Of a stretch of 64,000 nt of DNA, positions 19,091-27,817 are shown piece after piece. The position numbers and the translations under genes were made by a program. The notes under the pieces were generated by a model. It made no database searches, was not told the DNA's origin, and was given only the letters and a program-made list of their open reading frames with translations. Each line of letters starts with the position of its first letter. Within the stretch, counting starts at the first letter, position 1. Source of the DNA: a virus (Duplodnaviria; Caudoviricetes). The DNA is taken from the IMG/VR virus record IMGVR_UViG_3300031354_000002, positions 212-64,211 of that record; one strand, written 5' to 3'.

Positions 19091-19691
19091 GATAAGTGAT
19101 CGTAAATACGTGGCCCACTTGAGGCTTGGTGTAGTTCCCCCGCTTCCGCCGGAGATCGCTACTTGGGGAGGGAGAATTAGCCATTATTCGGATAACATGA
19201 AGTATCGCTATAAAGCTAATGATCTAGGAGCATGGTGCATAGTCGATCTGAACTGGACCAAGGTGCTATCAGAATTTATCGGCGGAAAACGAGTTCTTGA
19301 AATTATGGCGGGCCGGGGCTGGATTGCTAAGGCCCTGTCCGAATTTGGGGTTAATATAAAGGCCACTGACAATTTCGAATCTAGCTGGAAGCACAACCGT
19401 ATGAAACTGGTGCATGAAGTAGAAAGAGCATCTGCTATCAAGGCAGTTAGAAGGTTCGGGGATTGGGCAGACATACTGCTGGCATCGTGGCCCCCGTATG
19501 ACAATCCTTCCTTCGAGGCTGCATGCAGGCATTGGGGAGGCCCAGTCATATACATAGGGGAAATGTTCGGGTGTACAGCCACTGAATATTTTTGTGGAAA
19601 TTTTGAAGTGGATGAGAGCGCACCGCGTATTCCAATGCTGTCTTGGCCGGGAATTCACGACGGTGTTTATATAGGAACCTTTTGTGGATGA
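19071..19691 (+). CDS. Class I SAM-dependent methyltransferase-like protein
   Basis: Motif I VLEIMAGRGWIA, KATD at strand 2, ILLASWPPY, IYIGE. Confidence 0.65.
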   Translation: MKDGINRISDRKYVAHLRLGVVPPLPPEIATWGGRISHYSDNMKYRYKANDLGAWCIVDLNWTKVLSEFIGGKRVLEIMAGRGWIAKALSEFGVNIKATDNFESSWKHNRMKLVHEVERASAIKAVRRFGDWADILLASWPPYDNPSFEAACRHWGGPVIYIGEMFGCTATEYFCGNFEVDESAPRIPMLSWPGIHDGVYIGTFCG

Positions 19692-19695
19692 GATA

Positions 19696-19822
19696 TGTGG
19701 TACCGGAACCACACCAATGTGGCAAGGGAACCACACCTGCAGCAATTAGCGTTAATGGCAGAGCCGAAGGTGCCCGTCCGACGCGGGCCTTCGTTGAAAT
19801 GGGTTATGGCACGGAACTTGCA
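19696..19822 (+). promoter_or_regulatory. sigma54 promoter P3 with paired upstream palindromes and GC hairpin
   Basis: TGGCACG-GAAC-TTGCA at 19807-19822; TGTGGT-N6-ACCACA at 19696-19713 and TGTGGC-N6-ACCACA at 19718-19735; hairpin at 19765-19793. Confidence 0.85.
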
Positions 19823-19849
19823 TTTCTTTTAGGTAGGAGGTTTTGATAC

Positions 19850-20098
19850 ATGGATGACAGAGAGAAGAGCGGAAGGATTTTGGTGGTGCGCAACATGGGC
19901 GAGGCGCTGAGGATGGGGCTAACCACTGTCCCGATAATCCGGCCAGACATTGAGCCGAGGCCAGCACCCGCGCCCAAGGTTAAAGTGGTTGCGCGCGTGC
20001 ACCATCAGGGAAACAAGGAGAAGGAGCGCCGACGTCGGCAGATGGAAAGGAACCGTATTAAGGCAGAGAAGCGTCTGCAGAAAGCGAGGGAGGAATGA
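19850..20098 (+). CDS. Basic hypothetical protein
   Basis: RBS AGGAGG; first ORF after P3. Confidence 0.6.
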   Translation: MDDREKSGRILVVRNMGEALRMGLTTVPIIRPDIEPRPAPAPKVKVVARVHHQGNKEKERRRRQMERNRIKAEKRLQKAREE

Positions 20099-20469
20099 CA
20101 TCGAGGAAAGAAAGGATAGAGTTATTGCGGCTGTCCGTACAGAAATGGAGTAAGATTGCTGTTGGGCTGGGCTGTGATAATATGTCGGATAATTGCGAAC
20201 TGTGCCAGCACTGTAGCTGGGACTGCGAACTATGCCAGCACTATGGCTGGGACTGCGGGGCTAATAGTCGGAAGAATCGATGTCCTGTGTTTGAGTATAC
20301 CGGCATGGAAGGATGCGTAGGATCGCCGTGGGAAGAATGGAGAGACCATCAGGTATGTGCTCACGGGCGTGCTATTCCTTACTGGGCCGAGTGCGGAGAG
20401 TGCCGGGAACTGGCCAACAAGGAACTGATGTTCCTGCAGGGACTGTTGGAGGTAGAGCTAGAAGAATGA
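20095..20469 (+). CDS. Cys-rich hypothetical protein with an internal 30-nt tandem duplication
   Basis: CELCQHCSWD/CELCQHYGWD encoded by repeat units starting at 20194 and 20224. Confidence 0.6.
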   Translation: MTSRKERIELLRLSVQKWSKIAVGLGCDNMSDNCELCQHCSWDCELCQHYGWDCGANSRKNRCPVFEYTGMEGCVGSPWEEWRDHQVCAHGRAIPYWAECGECRELANKELMFLQGLLEVELEE

Positions 20470-20706
20470 ATTCACGCTACGAAATAGGCTGAGGCCGAGG
20501 CTCAGGTGATTGTCGGTGGGCCGTATACCCGCGTTTCGTTCATCCGATCGTTGGAATGTGCGCTGTGGTCGACGGCCAGAGTAAAGAACTTGCTAAATAC
20601 CATGCCCAGAGGATGTATGAAGAAGACGTCCGGTGCGGGCTGGTGAAAGACGAAAACACTACAAAAGGGGGTGATAGAGACTAAAGGCTGGGGCTGGAGT
20701 GGGTAC

Positions 20707-20735
20707 TTGACAAGGCTGCTCCTACATGATAAAAT
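20707..20735 (+). promoter_or_regulatory. Consensus sigma70 promoter
   Basis: TTGACA-N17-TAAAAT with extended -10 TG, just upstream of the RBS GGAGG of ORF 20757. Confidence 0.8.
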
Positions 20736-20756
20736 TTAACTTTCTGCGGAGGAAAC

Positions 20757-21254
20757 ATGTCTAAAAAATACGTTAATGAGTTATTAGAAAGGCCGGAAAT
20801 CGGCGAGGCGCTGGTCCGTGCTCTGAGCCTCTCAGCCCTGAAAAACGAAATGGAAGCGATGACAAAGGGCGAGGACAAGGATGAGCATACTACCGTTTTC
20901 ACTAACCTGACTTTCCCAAAAATCCTGTACGACGCTCTGGAGGAGGTATCCGAAATATACCTCGAAAACTGCAAAGAGTGTTCAGTGTTCGCTGTCTGCC
21001 CAGAGGGTAGAAAGGTCACTACCAAGGAAGAGGCGTTCGGCAAACTAATCCACCTTCTGGTCCATATGGTTGTTATGGCTGCCGTCAGGAGAGAAGCCAT
21101 GGAAGCAGCAGGACTCGGCGGGGGCTTTGGCCCTTCTGTAAAAATAGTTGACAACATCGATGATCTGCCCGAAGGGATGCCCGAAGAGATGAAAGAAAAG
21201 ATCATCGAGCTTATGGAAATGGGAGAGAAAGGAGGCGGAGAAACATGCCATTAG
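20757..21254 (+). CDS. Hypothetical helical protein
   Basis: 165 aa, RBS GGAGGA. Confidence 0.65.
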   Translation: MSKKYVNELLERPEIGEALVRALSLSALKNEMEAMTKGEDKDEHTTVFTNLTFPKILYDALEEVSEIYLENCKECSVFAVCPEGRKVTTKEEAFGKLIHLLVHMVVMAAVRREAMEAAGLGGGFGPSVKIVDNIDDLPEGMPEEMKEKIIELMEMGEKGGGETCH

Positions 21255-21460
21255 TAGGAGACAACGTTGACTATATGGTCGAGCAGGGCGAAATTTTGAC
21301 CATAATGGTGGACCTCAATAAGGAGTTCGGGAAAAGCGCGTCTGGCAAAACTATAAAGATCGCCAGCACGTGCGGAAACAAGGCTGTCGAAGGAACAGCT
21401 ATTCCGGGCGTAATTATTGGGCTGAATGTCTACAAGTATCCCAATAAGAAAGGAGGATAG
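21245..21460 (+). CDS. Conserved small beta protein of unknown function
   Basis: ILTIMVDLNKEFGKSASGKTIKIAST.GN...IGLNVYK; a pattern recalled from a conserved hypothetical family of anaerobes. Confidence 0.6.
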   Translation: MPLVGDNVDYMVEQGEILTIMVDLNKEFGKSASGKTIKIASTCGNKAVEGTAIPGVIIGLNVYKYPNKKGG

Positions 21461-21566
21461 GATCTGTATCTACTATTCACCTATTTAACCGGGCCTGCTC
21501 TAATTCGGCAGGTCTGGTATGTATCAACATTTTAAGTCCTCAACAGAGGAGAAAGGAAGCTTTTCT

Positions 21567-22124
21567 ATGGCAAACGTAGAACCGACTTTAAAAAAGAATG
21601 ACAGCGCTGGTAAAGTTATCAGCATCACCAAAACCACTAACGCAGACGTACTGTTCGCGCGCTGTACCCGCGAACTGGGCAGGCTCGGAATCACAATCGA
21701 GAATGCGGGCGCGGACAGCGACACTCTGAGATTTGACCTGTCCGGAATACCGATGGCCAAGCGAGGAATGGCCAATTCCCTGCTTATGAACCTTATGATC
21801 AGGGCCTCACGGAGCGTGTCTCACAGTGAGCACCAGTTGACCTACTTCGATCTCAAGCAGGCTGCAGGTCTGGTCCACGACGTTAAGCAGGGCGATGCCG
21901 ACGCCATTAAAATCACTGAGTGTTTCGATAAGGTGATGGACGAGGCCCGCGCCAAGCTGGGAAAGGAGCTTACCAAGTCTGCTCCCAAGCCCGCGCCCAA
22001 GCTCAAACCGAAGGGAAAAAAGACGGCCAACAATAAAAGTGGCTCCGCCGGAACAGGTGGAGGAGGAAAGAAGGGCAAGAAAAAGGCCGCTAGTCTTGCC
22101 CCAAGCAGCGCAGCCGCAGAATAG
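21567..22124 (+). CDS. Hypothetical protein with a Lys-rich (histone-like) C-terminal tail
   Basis: KPAPKLKPKGKK...GGKKGKKKAA; start taken at MANVEP. Confidence 0.6.
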   Translation: MANVEPTLKKNDSAGKVISITKTTNADVLFARCTRELGRLGITIENAGADSDTLRFDLSGIPMAKRGMANSLLMNLMIRASRSVSHSEHQLTYFDLKQAAGLVHDVKQGDADAIKITECFDKVMDEARAKLGKELTKSAPKPAPKLKPKGKKTANNKSGSAGTGGGGKKGKKKAASLAPSSAAAE

Positions 22125-22572
22125 CGACGGCCCTACTACCCTTGAGCAGTGGGACGAATGGGACTTGAATACCCTGTTCCGCTGCGAGGGTTTTAATGCC
22201 AGACTTACCAAGTATGGATGTGTTGCTAACCAGTGTGCCGGGCTTCGCGCGTGGAACATGCTTGCAGAGGGAGTCCCGTTCGGGATAGTTGAAAATTCAG
22301 ACCTAGACAGGCTGTTTGTGTGCGGGCCTTGCCCGGTATCCGCGCTGGATGAGGTTGATCTAGCAATACTGAAGGACATTCTGCGCCGGGAATTGGACAG
22401 CGTGGCCCAGAGATTACAGAACATGAACTGGGACAGGTTCGACTCTGAGGTCAGTGATATTAAGAAGAAGAAGCGCGCGGCTGAATACCGCAAGAAGAAT
22501 AAGGAATGGCGCAGAGAATATATGCGAGTTTGGCGCTACAAAACCAAAGGATCAATACCAGACGATATGTGA
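22039..22572 (+). CDS. Hypothetical protein with Cys motifs and a basic C-terminus; start uncertain (TTG at 22165 possible)
   Basis: FRCEG...GCVANQC...VCGPC; last ORF before a terminator. Confidence 0.5.
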   Translation: MAPPEQVEEERRARKRPLVLPQAAQPQNSDGPTTLEQWDEWDLNTLFRCEGFNARLTKYGCVANQCAGLRAWNMLAEGVPFGIVENSDLDRLFVCGPCPVSALDEVDLAILKDILRRELDSVAQRLQNMNWDRFDSEVSDIKKKKRAAEYRKKNKEWRREYMRVWRYKTKGSIPDDM

Positions 22573-22574
22573 GG

Positions 22575-22600
22575 GTGGGGGCCTTTCGGCCCCTACTTTC
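22575..22600 (+). terminator. Intrinsic terminator ending the plus-strand module
   Basis: GGGGCC-TTTC-GGCCCC stem followed by TACTTTCT at the convergence point. Confidence 0.65.
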
Positions 22601-22614
22601 TGGCAATGTCGAGG

Positions 22615-23502
22615 CTAAGTCAGATTGAATGGTAAATACTCGCACTGAAACCCGGCTGCCCCCTTATGCCCACCCCCACCATGTTTCTTCGCCACTGACG
22701 AAACATCAATATCATCCCTGTCGGAATATAGGGATACTGTCCATTTTCCCTTACGCCACCCAAAAGTAAGCATGGCATCATATTTTTGGCTGTCCCAAAC
22801 AGAATTAAATAGCTGCGAGTTGGTGAGCATCTTATTGATTGCGATACATTTCAGACCATCCAGCTCTGTTTCGAAGGCGCAGGCAGAACAGTATTTTTCA
22901 TTTTCGGCTAATTGATATTTTAGTATTGTTCCGCCAATTTCGGTAATTCTCTGGACCTCTTCCACATCAAATAAGGAGTTCCAAAAATCCTGATTATCCG
23001 GCCATGTATTGGGCTGCTGTCTCATCCCGTATTGGAACGAAAGAGTTCTTGGGTCGGAATGGTTCCACACGTCATACTCAGCGAGAAGCTTTATAAAAGT
23101 GGGGAGATCACTTTCGGATGAAATATTTTGAAAATCTTCAGTGTAAAAATGCCCCAGGGATTTAAGATATTCCCATGTATATTCCCATGTTAAGGCACAG
23201 GCTCCTATACCATCCCTTTGTAATCCATAGAATTTATTTCCGTAAACTTCAGATTCTTTAATCGCTGATATGTGGTGATCTATCCAGATCAACGTTCCAC
23301 AGGATTGATTTAACCTCAACATTCCTTCAAAAGGTTGAATGGAAAAATCAACCATAAAGATTAATTCATCAGGCCCTATATCGTCCCATGGAAATTCGTC
23401 TCCATAATTGATCCCTATCATATCGCATTCAGGAAATGCCATTTTAATTATTGCTCCAGAACAATGACCGTCCAAGTCCGCTGAGTGATAAAAACATTTC
23501 AT
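22615..23502 (-). CDS. DHH/DHHA1-family phosphoesterase
   Basis: HSADLDG, VDFS, WIDHH, GGGGHKGAAGF motifs; visibly AT-richer than its flanks. Confidence 0.88.
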   Translation of the reverse strand: MKCFYHSADLDGHCSGAIIKMAFPECDMIGINYGDEFPWDDIGPDELIFMVDFSIQPFEGMLRLNQSCGTLIWIDHHISAIKESEVYGNKFYGLQRDGIGACALTWEYTWEYLKSLGHFYTEDFQNISSESDLPTFIKLLAEYDVWNHSDPRTLSFQYGMRQQPNTWPDNQDFWNSLFDVEEVQRITEIGGTILKYQLAENEKYCSACAFETELDGLKCIAINKMLTNSQLFNSVWDSQKYDAMLTFGWRKGKWTVSLYSDRDDIDVSSVAKKHGGGGHKGAAGFQCEYLPFNLT

Positions 23503-23514
23503 AATCTTTTCCCC

Positions 23515-23925
23515 CTATCCTTTATTGGTCAATTGAAAATACTTATACGGAGTGCCGGGAGTCGTGGCGTCATCAACTGCCTTGCGCGCCACGGTCGGGT
23601 CTACGCCTGCAGTTACCAGATTCTCTATCACCTTCACCCCATCAACCCGCGCGGGGGAAGATCCGTTCCTCCACGACAGGACGCCCAGCCCGTTAGTGCC
23701 TATCCGGGTTGTCTTCAGCAATGTGAACGCAGGCTCCAGCAGGGCTTTCGCCTGATCCTCCAACCCCTCAACCTCGCCCTTGAGGGCCTTGACCTTGGCC
23801 CGGAGCTGTATTCCCTTGAGCAGGTCGGCCTCGAAATCCTTGAACCCCTTCTTGACAGCCACTTCCGTCATAGTCTTTTCGTCCCACTGGACTGTGGGTT
23901 TGAGTGATGCTTTTTTCTTTGTCAC
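23515..23925 (-). CDS. Hypothetical protein
   Basis: 136 aa, RBS AAGGAGG. Confidence 0.6.
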   Translation of the reverse strand: MTKKKASLKPTVQWDEKTMTEVAVKKGFKDFEADLLKGIQLRAKVKALKGEVEGLEDQAKALLEPAFTLLKTTRIGTNGLGVLSWRNGSSPARVDGVKVIENLVTAGVDPTVARKAVDDATTPGTPYKYFQLTNKG

Positions 23926-24434
23926 TGTTGTTCCTCCTTGTTATGGCGTTAATCATCTTTGGTGCGGGGGCGAAAAAAGAAACGGCGCCACAGATATACC
24001 TGCAGCCTTTTCGGTTAAAGCTAATCATCAACACAATGTGATGCAGCGGGAAGAGCGACTATAGCACGGCGATTTTGACAGTAATCGACTTCGCCCATCC
24101 GCCATCATAATTATCCGTTCCCCTTTCGCCTGTTCATACAGCCACAAACAGGTCGTATGCTGCTCTGATATACACTTCTAGTCTGCTGGATTATTAAGCC
24201 GTGAGGCCCCCGCCTTCCGCATATACCAGCATCCTTCCTGATCACAAACTGAACTCCCATATTACCCCGCAACAAAAATGATTAATCTCTTCAGTACAAC
24301 CCTCGCAGATTATACAACGTCATCCCAATAATTATGGTCCACAGTACCGCCCCAACAAGTCTCTTCAGCATCGGGGCAATACCACGCTGACTATTATAGC
24401 CGCAATAGCGACTGATACCCAGAACAGCTCTTCC

Positions 24435-25352
24435 TTATCCATTTTCCGTCCCATCTTCCTTCTCCTCGGCCACAGCCATCATCAACCGGGCAAAGGCCCT
24501 GCCCAAGTGGTCAAGCTCCCGGTTCCCGGCCCGGTAGGCTGTTATGTGGCCCACGGCGTGATTGAGGTGATCCTCTATCGGAAGTTCCCGCCAGCCATCA
24601 GGTTCATGGTCCTTTAATCCGTCGTGCATGATACCCGCCAGACATAGCATAGCCTTGGGGTCGATCAGATCGAACCGGTATGGACGCAGTGATTGAAGAC
24701 TGTCCCGTTCGTGGCTATCCCACTCTTTGTCCGCACGAAATGTTTCCTTGATATCAGAGTTCCCACAGGACGGGCATGCTATAAACGGATGATTTGCGTG
24801 TTCCTCTACTGGCCGCTCAATCGCCCAGCCACAAGCTCCGCACTCTACCCTGACCATCATTGCTTCCTTAGTCTTATCAGGTTCTTTTGTAATCCAGCGC
24901 TCGGCTTGTAGTCCGTTCAGCCCTTTGGCTTTCCATATACCCACCAGCTTCTTCATTCTTTTCTCTATATACTCAGTTGCCCCTGCTCCACGGAGATCTC
25001 TGCCGACAATACATTCTCTGACGAAGAAGTATTCTCCATCGTGCTTATTGACATTCTTTCCTCCGGGATTATCTGTCCAAAAAATTACCTGATAACAGCT
25101 TAGAGCATCGTTTGTATTAGTTATTATCCCCTTGACAGGAACGGCAAACAGATATCTATTGTATACAGTTACTCCCATGCCGATGTTACTGGGGTCGGCT
25201 ACTAGTTTATCCTCCATTCGTTTCCTCCCTATTGTCATAATTTGGGCAGCACTCCCGCCACTCAGTCCGGGAATGCTGCCTTCACCCAAGGCAAGGCAGG
25301 GGACCGCCCCCCACCAAAATTTCATTATACCACGTCGGGCGCTCCTTGCCAA
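24435..25352 (-). CDS. Multidomain protein: unknown N-terminus, Zn ribbon, and C-terminal dATP/dGTP diphosphohydrolase (DUF5664-like) domain; start may be 25217
   Basis: CGACG...CPSCG; C-terminal RFDLIDPKAMLCLAGIMHDG.KDHEPDGWRELPIEDHLNHAVGH...DHLGRAFARLMM. Confidence 0.7.
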   Translation of the reverse strand: MARSARRGIMKFWWGAVPCLALGEGSIPGLSGGSAAQIMTIGRKRMEDKLVADPSNIGMGVTVYNRYLFAVPVKGIITNTNDALSCYQVIFWTDNPGGKNVNKHDGEYFFVRECIVGRDLRGAGATEYIEKRMKKLVGIWKAKGLNGLQAERWITKEPDKTKEAMMVRVECGACGWAIERPVEEHANHPFIACPSCGNSDIKETFRADKEWDSHERDSLQSLRPYRFDLIDPKAMLCLAGIMHDGLKDHEPDGWRELPIEDHLNHAVGHITAYRAGNRELDHLGRAFARLMMAVAEEKEDGTENG

Positions 25353-25358
25353 TCCCCC

Positions 25359-26915
25359 TTAGAGAATTGCCCTGTCCACTCGCATATCAATCATCTCTTT
25401 GTGCTCTGGCCCTGTCCCGACATAAGCCACTCTCGCCCATCCGCCGTGTTTCTCCAGCGTCTCTACGAAAGCCCTGACTGCCCCAGACATATCGAACCAG
25501 TTGGTCTTCCCGCAATCATCCCAATTCAGGTAGTTCGCGAACTGCATACACAGTAAGTCTGGGCGCGCTACCCGAATAAAATGAGCATATCTCTCCCACG
25601 AGAAGGAGAATACCCGCCTCGGCAGTTTCGTTGTGGTCGTTATCTCACCGAAATTGTCCGGGTCGGGGTGCCCGCAGCCCTTCGCCACGTTCTCCCACTT
25701 CAGCTCGATTGCGTCAGCATATGGCCCGCTGCTTCCAGTCCGGTTATTGACCCGGATCGGGTACGGCCTAAGCACACCATAGATGTGTCCCACCATTTTG
25801 GGCGAGACCCCGGCCTCGGCCATAGCCATGGCTGGATTGATCATCTTGCTTGTACAGTTACCAACAAGAGTGTACCCAAACTGATTTCCCGCAAAGTAGT
25901 TATGATTATCCTCAACCTCTATATTGTATTTTACGCCGTATACTAGGCGAGCCAGCTTTTCAACTCCGGTACATCGCACTGTAGCAAGGCAGTTGGTCCC
26001 CTCTAAACTATATTCGTTTGTGTACAATAGATCGCCTACCATCAGATCTTTTGCCTCAACTTTTCCCCTTTGGGTATAATACTTGTGACCCCCCGTGCAC
26101 TTAGGAGCTGATTTATCCCCAACGGCTAGATCTGTGTGAACTCTATACCAGTCACCCCCGTGTGGAGTTTTATACCAGTTTATCACTTTTTTGGGTTCAA
26201 GCAAACCTGTGGTACTGTTGTAGGACAGGACCGATGCGGGTATTCTATCTCTAACTAGCTCCTCTATTGGAACTGAGTTACCATTTTCCAAAAGTATCCT
26301 AGTTCCTCTAGCAAAGCAATATCTTGGATCGATGCCGTGCTCTAGGTCTAGGTCGAATCCCTGCGTCATCTCGCACAACACGGTCTCTCTGGAATCTAGG
26401 AGATCATTGATGAAGAATGATACTGGCTCTACTGATACCACTCCCATATCGATAAGCTCTTCGCAGTCACGCGCCAGCGTTATAGTTCCATCTCTCTTCA
26501 TCTTCAGAATCCGCGTCGAGCCGATCCCCTGAAGCGTGGACCCTATATCCGACAAACCGGCCCGCTCCTCATCTCGGATCAGTACATCGGTTATTACTGC
26601 GGCTCTCGGGTCTATGGTTATTCTCTCTAGGTCTATCCCGGTGTCTACTATTTCCTTCCTGAGAAGCCCGGCGTTAATTAGCGATGAAGGACCCAAGTAT
26701 ATCGGGGCGTCGCATCCGACTGCGCTGACCGGAAGGTGGTATGTAACTGTTTTCTTTCCGTCCACCACCACAGTATGACCCGCGTTCGGAGATCCCGCCA
26801 TGACAATAGCCTGAATTTCTTTACTGTATTTCTCCGCCAAGAACGCAGCGAATTTTCCCTTTGCCTCTGAGCCTGCCTGAGCACCACAGACTATGTTAAA
26901 TTTGCCTATCCTCAA
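25359..26915 (-). CDS. purZ: PurZ-family (adenylosuccinate-synthetase-like) N6-succino-2-amino-dAMP synthase with an intein
   Basis: GAQAGSEAKGK (Ser at the PurA Asp13 position), PNAGHT, IGSTLQGIG, CEMTQGFDLD, TTTTKLPRRVF, QFANY, VGTGP; 364 aa after intein removal. Confidence 0.82.
   Translation of the reverse strand: MRIGKFNIVCGAQAGSEAKGKFAAFLAEKYSKEIQAIVMAGSPNAGHTVVVDGKKTVTYHLPVSAVGCDAPIYLGPSSLINAGLLRKEIVDTGIDLERITIDPRAAVITDVLIRDEERAGLSDIGSTLQGIGSTRILKMKRDGTITLARDCEELIDMGVVSVEPVSFFINDLLDSRETVLCEMTQGFDLDLEHGIDPRYCFARGTRILLENGNSVPIEELVRDRIPASVLSYNSTTGLLEPKKVINWYKTPHGGDWYRVHTDLAVGDKSAPKCTGGHKYYTQRGKVEAKDLMVGDLLYTNEYSLEGTNCLATVRCTGVEKLARLVYGVKYNIEVEDNHNYFAGNQFGYTLVGNCTSKMINPAMAMAEAGVSPKMVGHIYGVLRPYPIRVNNRTGSSGPYADAIELKWENVAKGCGHPDPDNFGEITTTTKLPRRVFSFSWERYAHFIRVARPDLLCMQFANYLNWDDCGKTNWFDMSGAVRAFVETLEKHGGWARVAYVGTGPEHKEMIDMRVDRAIL
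25857..26318 (-). mobile_element. Mini-intein (154 aa) in PurZ
   Basis: Starts CFARGTRILLENG (block A), ends YNIEVEDNHNYFA...LVGN followed by Cys+1; removal restores DPRY-CTS; too short for an endonuclease. Confidence 0.88.
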
Positions 26916-27078
26916 AATGCTCCTCCTTGTTGTTTGGTTGTCTATGTAATGGGGCTAGTTTCAATACTATTTGTTTTTTGCGTATAGCATGCAGCACAAA
27001 AACCTTACCCTTCAACTCCAATTCTTCCCCTATCTCGAAAGCGTCAGACACAGTGTGCATATCGGCGCTATTTTTCAT
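26896..27078 (-). CDS. Small hypothetical protein
   Basis: Overlapping, packed ORF. Confidence 0.45.
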   Translation of the reverse strand: MKNSADMHTVSDAFEIGEELELKGKVFVLHAIRKKQIVLKLAPLHRQPNNKEEHFEDRQI

Positions 27079-27367
27079 CTTCCTCCTCCCCCAAAACGCT
27101 GAACGGAGTGTCCTTTATGTCAGTAGTCCCTTCGCCAAACTCGGGCCTCCTTTTGCGTTTGGACCCAGTGTCAACCCTCTGATCCACCTCCATATTTTCA
27201 AATTTCTCCCTAAGCTCGGCATTCTTCAAATACAGAAACATGCTTATGTCTGAGGGACAAATACGGAAGTACACGTCCAGCGCTCCGTCCAGCTTTTTGA
27301 ATCTAGCCTTAAGCTCGTCGAAGTGCCCTCTATACATCTCAAGTTTGTCTGCTCCAGTTCTGCTCAT
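27068..27367 (-). CDS. Hypothetical protein
   Basis: Packed ORF with ATGA overlap. Confidence 0.5.
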   Translation of the reverse strand: MSRTGADKLEMYRGHFDELKARFKKLDGALDVYFRICPSDISMFLYLKNAELREKFENMEVDQRVDTGSKRKRRPEFGEGTTDIKDTPFSVLGEEEDEK

Positions 27368-27657
27368 ATGCTACCATCGTCTAGAAAGTTCTCGCCTATG
27401 TCCGGGAACGAATAGGCATACGCCTCTTGCCTAGCCGCTATTATATCTCCTATCAATATCGACGCCCCTCCCCTGTCTAGTTTCTCCAACAGTTCAACAG
27501 GTACTTCGCCCAGTAAAAAGTCAAATTGCTTTGGCGTCATCTCCTTGCTTTCCCAAGGGGAACGTCCCGGCCTATTTTGGTTCTGTATAACCTTCTCTAT
27601 AAATTTTATTTTCATTTCATCTCTCCCACCACGGTCTCTCGTCTCGTTCCAGACCAC
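27364..27657 (-). CDS. Hypothetical protein (start probably MKIKF)
   Basis: MTPKQFDFL motif, packed ORF. Confidence 0.45.
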   Translation of the reverse strand: MVWNETRDRGGRDEMKIKFIEKVIQNQNRPGRSPWESKEMTPKQFDFLLGEVPVELLEKLDRGGASILIGDIIAARQEAYAYSFPDIGENFLDDGSI

Positions 27658-27814
27658 ATCTTACCCTGCGATCAATCTCCTCGTCAACCTCCTCCAGCAA
27701 AGCTTCGTTATCCTCGTTGTCGTCAAAGTTTTCCGATACCCACTGAAGATAACTAGTGGGAACATCCTCGATATCCTCTCCACGGTGCTTCCCAAACGTG
27801 AATGTGTATCCCAT
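27617..27814 (-). CDS. Small protein with FGKH..DVP.SYL.W motif (ExoX C-terminal-like / DUF3820-like)
   Basis: FTFGKHRGEDIEDVPTSYLQWV. Confidence 0.7.
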   Translation of the reverse strand: MGYTFTFGKHRGEDIEDVPTSYLQWVSENFDDNEDNEALLEEVDEEIDRRVRCGLERDERPWWER

Positions 27815-27817
27815 GCA

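Noticed and set aside
22015-22170. Possible programmed frameshift linking ORF 21567-22124 to ORF 22039-22572
   Set aside because: The downstream ORF is in the +1 frame, there is no canonical slippery heptamer with a stimulator, and a TTG start at 22165 explains it more simply
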